A program made the translations under genes and the position numbers. This document shows, piece after piece, positions 61,119 to 64,000 of a stretch of 64,000 bases of DNA. The stretch's first letter is position 1; each line of letters begins with the position of its first letter. This DNA is from an uncultured bacterium (GTDB taxonomy: Bacteria; Krumholzibacteriota; Krumholzibacteriia; Krumholzibacteriales; Krumholzibacteriaceae). The notes under the pieces were generated by a model. That model was not told where the DNA came from. It saw only the letters and a list, made by a program, of their open reading frames with translations, and ran no database searches. The stretch spans positions 238,642 to 302,641 of the forward strand of contig CAWBAN010000005.1 in assembly GCA_963786935.1 (NCBI GenBank), written 5' to 3'.

Positions 61119-61901
61119 ATGCTGGGCGCCATCGCCGGAGACATCATCGGATCCGTTTACGAAGGCTTTGCATTCAAGCGGACCGACTTTCCGTTGTTCG
61201 TTCCCGAGTGCGAATTCACGGACGATACCGTGCTCACGTTCGCCGTCGCTGACTCTCTCCTCACGGGCGCCCCGTACGTCGACAAATTCCACGAGTATGC
61301 GCGCGCGTACCCCCACCGGGGATACGGAGGCAGGTTCATGGAGTGGATCGAGTCCGGCTCCCGGGAGCCTTACAACAGCTGGGGAAACGGCTCGGCCATG
61401 CGGGTGAGCCCCGTGGGCTGGGCCTTCGGCACGCTGGATGAGACGCTCGCGGAAGCGCAGCGGAGCGCCGAGGTCACCCACAATCATCCCGAGGGCATCA
61501 AGGGCGCGCAGGCGACGGCGGCGGCGATGTTCCTCGCCCGGCAGGGGGAATCGAAGGCCGGCATCCGCGAATTCATTCAAACACGATTCGGCTACAACTT
61601 GAACCGGACGATCGAGGGCATCCGGCCGGGCTTCGGATTCGACGAGTCGTGTCAGGGCACCGTGCCCGAGGCGATCATCGCCGTCCTCGACTCCACGAGC
61701 TACGAGAACGCGGTGAGACTCGCGATCTCTCTCGGCGGCGACGCCGACACGCTGGCCTGCATCGCGGGCGGGATCGCCGAGGCCTTCTACGGCGGGGTGC
61801 CGAAGGACATCGCCGAGCGAGCCATGGCGAGGTTGGATGACGGGCTCCGGAAGACGGTCGAGCGGTTCTATGAAGCATATGGAATGACCACCTCCTGGTG
61901 A
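61119..61901 (+). CDS. ADP-ribosylglycohydrolase
   Basis: MLGAIAGDIIG, TDDT, GNGSAMR, THNH, GGDADT. Confidence 0.93.
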   Translation: MLGAIAGDIIGSVYEGFAFKRTDFPLFVPECEFTDDTVLTFAVADSLLTGAPYVDKFHEYARAYPHRGYGGRFMEWIESGSREPYNSWGNGSAMRVSPVGWAFGTLDETLAEAQRSAEVTHNHPEGIKGAQATAAAMFLARQGESKAGIREFIQTRFGYNLNRTIEGIRPGFGFDESCQGTVPEAIIAVLDSTSYENAVRLAISLGGDADTLACIAGGIAEAFYGGVPKDIAERAMARLDDGLRKTVERFYEAYGMTTSW

Positions 61902-61947
61902 TCCGATAGACCCATTGGCACCCCGAGATGAATTTCCTGAAGATTTC

Positions 61948-62022
61948 AGTTGCAGTTTGGACTAATAGTTGCTACTTTAATATTGAGTTGCCACTTTTAT
62001 ATTTAGTTGCTACTTTAATATT
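61948..62022 (+). repeat. 19-bp-period direct repeat array (3 good copies plus 1 degenerate)
   Basis: AGTTGC at 61948, 61967, 61986 and 62005; unit AGTTGCTACTTTAATATT identical at 61967 and 62005. Confidence 0.9.
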
Positions 62023-62059
62023 ATATTGAATGCTGATTTACGAACGAGGGGGCTAACTT

Positions 62060-63085
62060 ATGGAAAATAATATGGATTACCGCCCCGATGGCCAGTGGCA
62101 AGACACTTGGGTCGAGGTCAAGACCACCACCCGGGGGCTCCGAAGCCTACGCGAGAGCCTGCTGGGATTCGCCTACTGGCTTGCCGCGCACCCGCAGGAT
62201 CGCGGACTGCTGGTGCTCGCGGACTCGCGAATCACCGAGAAGCGGCTTCAAGAGGAGTGGCAGCATGCTGCACAGGCCATCCGTCCGGATATCGTAGCTC
62301 GGCTGGATGTAGTGTGGGGGAAGAATGGACAGTACCCGGGTCTTCCGCAGAATCTCGGAAGCGATTTTCGTGCATGGTTAGATAGTCTCGTTTCCAAGGA
62401 GTCTGTCGGCGCCAGATCAAGAGATTCCTATTACAGCGTCTTGCACATTCTGATGCATGAGTGGTTGCTTGGCAGGGAACCGATGACCCGCACATGGCTC
62501 GGGCACGCGGCCGGCTGCAGTTACCCGACGGTAGCCGCGGCCCTTCGGCGCCTCGATTCATACCTGCTGCGGCATTCGGACCGCCGAATCGAATTGAAAT
62601 ACTTTCCGCGAGAAGAGTGGGCACGCCTCCTTGCTGTTTCCGATCGTGTCCGGGGGACGGTTCGATTTGCCGTTCCATCGGGCGAATCCCGCTCGCCGGA
62701 GGAGCATCTCGAGCGACTCCATAAGCTGGGGGTGCAGAATCTCGCAATCGGGGGCGTTCTTGGGGCTCGACACTACGATCCCGATATCGATCTCGTGGGC
62801 ACGCCGCGCCTCGATCTCTCGATCCATAGTCCCGGGAAACGGGCGGATCTCGGTTTCATCAAGATGCTCGACCCCGCACTGCAGCCCGTGCACAACAACC
62901 TTCGGCCGACCAATGTCGCCGTTCACGTCGTTCGTCGCACGGAATCGTTTTTCACGCCGCGCATCGATGGATTGCCGTGGGCGGATCCCGTGGAATGTCT
63001 CCTGGACCTTCACGAAGCACACCTGCAGCAGCAGGCGAACGAGCTTCTGCGCACTCTCGAGGCTCGACGATCGGGGATGAAATGA
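62060..63085 (+). CDS. AbiEi-like (type IV TA) antitoxin / transcriptional regulator
   Basis: N-terminal VEVK, central wHTH ([20 protein letters not shown]), C-terminal [13 protein letters not shown]. Confidence 0.6.
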   Translation: MENNMDYRPDGQWQDTWVEVKTTTRGLRSLRESLLGFAYWLAAHPQDRGLLVLADSRITEKRLQEEWQHAAQAIRPDIVARLDVVWGKNGQYPGLPQNLGSDFRAWLDSLVSKESVGARSRDSYYSVLHILMHEWLLGREPMTRTWLGHAAGCSYPTVAAALRRLDSYLLRHSDRRIELKYFPREEWARLLAVSDRVRGTVRFAVPSGESRSPEEHLERLHKLGVQNLAIGGVLGARHYDPDIDLVGTPRLDLSIHSPGKRADLGFIKMLDPALQPVHNNLRPTNVAVHVVRRTESFFTPRIDGLPWADPVECLLDLHEAHLQQQANELLRTLEARRSGMK

Positions 63086-63984
63086 ACGAGGAATACAAGC
63101 AGGTTTCTCCAATTCAGGTCCTCGCCAAAGTAGCTGAAGCGATTCCGCCGGAGACGCGCCCGAATATCATTATTGTCGGCAGTCTAGCCGCGGCATATTG
63201 GCTCTTTGGGGGCGAGCGGCACCTCGGCGTTCGGACCAAGGATATCGACTGCGTTCTCTCGCCGCGCCTTTCCGCTGTGGAGAAGGGACGTGCTGTTACG
63301 GAAGAATTGCGCGCCATCGGCTGGAAGCCCAAAACCGACGGTGAGTTCGGTAAGCCAGGGACCGCCGGGACACCCGATCAGGACCTGCCGGCCGTTCGTC
63401 TTGTTGTGCCGGAGAGCGATGGTTTGTTTCTTGAGCTGCTGACGGAATCCTCCTCTGAAGATCAAACGGGTCGCGAGTGGACGCGATTGTCGCTGCCTTC
63501 CGGCGAGCACTACGGCCTTCCCAGTTTCGCGTTTACCTCGGTCGCCATTTTCGACGCGCAAATGACTGAATTCGGAATTCGGTGCGCCCGTCCCGAAATG
63601 ATGGCGCTGGCCAATCTTCTGGAACATCCACGTATCAAAGAGGACCTTGTCGGGGAAACGGATATCAAGCGGAGCAATAAGGACCTCGGGCGCGTGCCCG
63701 CAATCGCAGCACTTACGCCGCTGAAAACGCAAGAAGCTTGGAGCGGAGCGTGGGAGAAGGCGCTCCGCTCTTGTTTCCCGCACCGCTGGCGGGAGCTCGC
63801 CGGTCGCGCCGGCGCGGGGCTCCGAGCGCTATTGGCAAGCCCAGGCGACCTCCAGCAAGCTGCCGTAACATGTGGCAACAGCCTTCTTGCCGGCAAAAAC
63901 GTCGATGCAGAACAACTAGGTGCAATCGGGCGGAGGCTTTTGGTTCTTGCCATCGAGCCATTGGAGCAAACGGCGAAGCCATGA
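63082..63984 (+). CDS. pol-beta-superfamily nucleotidyltransferase (AbiEii-like toxin)
   Basis: IIVGSLA...RTKDID; late KD motif; ATGA overlap with the upstream gene. Confidence 0.65.
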   Translation: MNEEYKQVSPIQVLAKVAEAIPPETRPNIIIVGSLAAAYWLFGGERHLGVRTKDIDCVLSPRLSAVEKGRAVTEELRAIGWKPKTDGEFGKPGTAGTPDQDLPAVRLVVPESDGLFLELLTESSSEDQTGREWTRLSLPSGEHYGLPSFAFTSVAIFDAQMTEFGIRCARPEMMALANLLEHPRIKEDLVGETDIKRSNKDLGRVPAIAALTPLKTQEAWSGAWEKALRSCFPHRWRELAGRAGAGLRALLASPGDLQQAAVTCGNSLLAGKNVDAEQLGAIGRRLLVLAIEPLEQTAKP

Positions 63985-64000
63985 TCGTCCCCTCTTTTCC

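Noticed and set aside
61948..62022. CRISPR array
   Set aside because: Units are contiguous with a 19-bp period, have no spacers, and no cas genes are present
1..64000. tRNA, rRNA, integrase or transposase genes
   Set aside because: None recognised by eye; tRNAscan-SE and an IS search would be needed to exclude them

Overview
GC-rich bacterial window, probably FCB-group (Krumholzibacteria/Latescibacterota-like; inferred from a TWGxIK C-terminal motif and a FlgD-type tail). It has three blocks. (1) 0.4-23.5 kb: a surface/exopolysaccharide locus behind a good sigma54 (-24/-12) promoter. It encodes a secreted beta-helix protein, four glycosyltransferases, AsnB, a nucleotide-sugar dehydrogenase, heparinase II/III, a deacetylase, a bi-domain oxidoreductase, acyltransferases and a Wzy/WaaL-like protein. 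Embedded in it is an unexpected four-gene module: HPr-kinase-like P-loop protein, divergent RtcB-like ligase, degenerate methyltransferase and APH-type kinase. This module is the best candidate for an undescribed system. (2) 23.5-38.5 kb: housekeeping genes (geranylgeranyl reductase plus ferredoxin, ywlE-like phosphatase, ilvE, rpiB, glyA, dCMP deaminase, nrdR, tatC, polyprenyl synthase, radical SAM, rsfS, argS, PfkB). (3) 38.8-64 kb: about 26 co-oriented accessory genes, including beta-propeller surface proteins, a GT4-GH130 pair, a C-type lectin, MazEF, ADP-ribosylglycohydrolase and an AbiE-like pair preceded by a 19-bp tandem array. Many genes carry single-base frameshifts that look like uncorrected long-read errors. 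All family calls come from motif recognition by eye; no database search was run.
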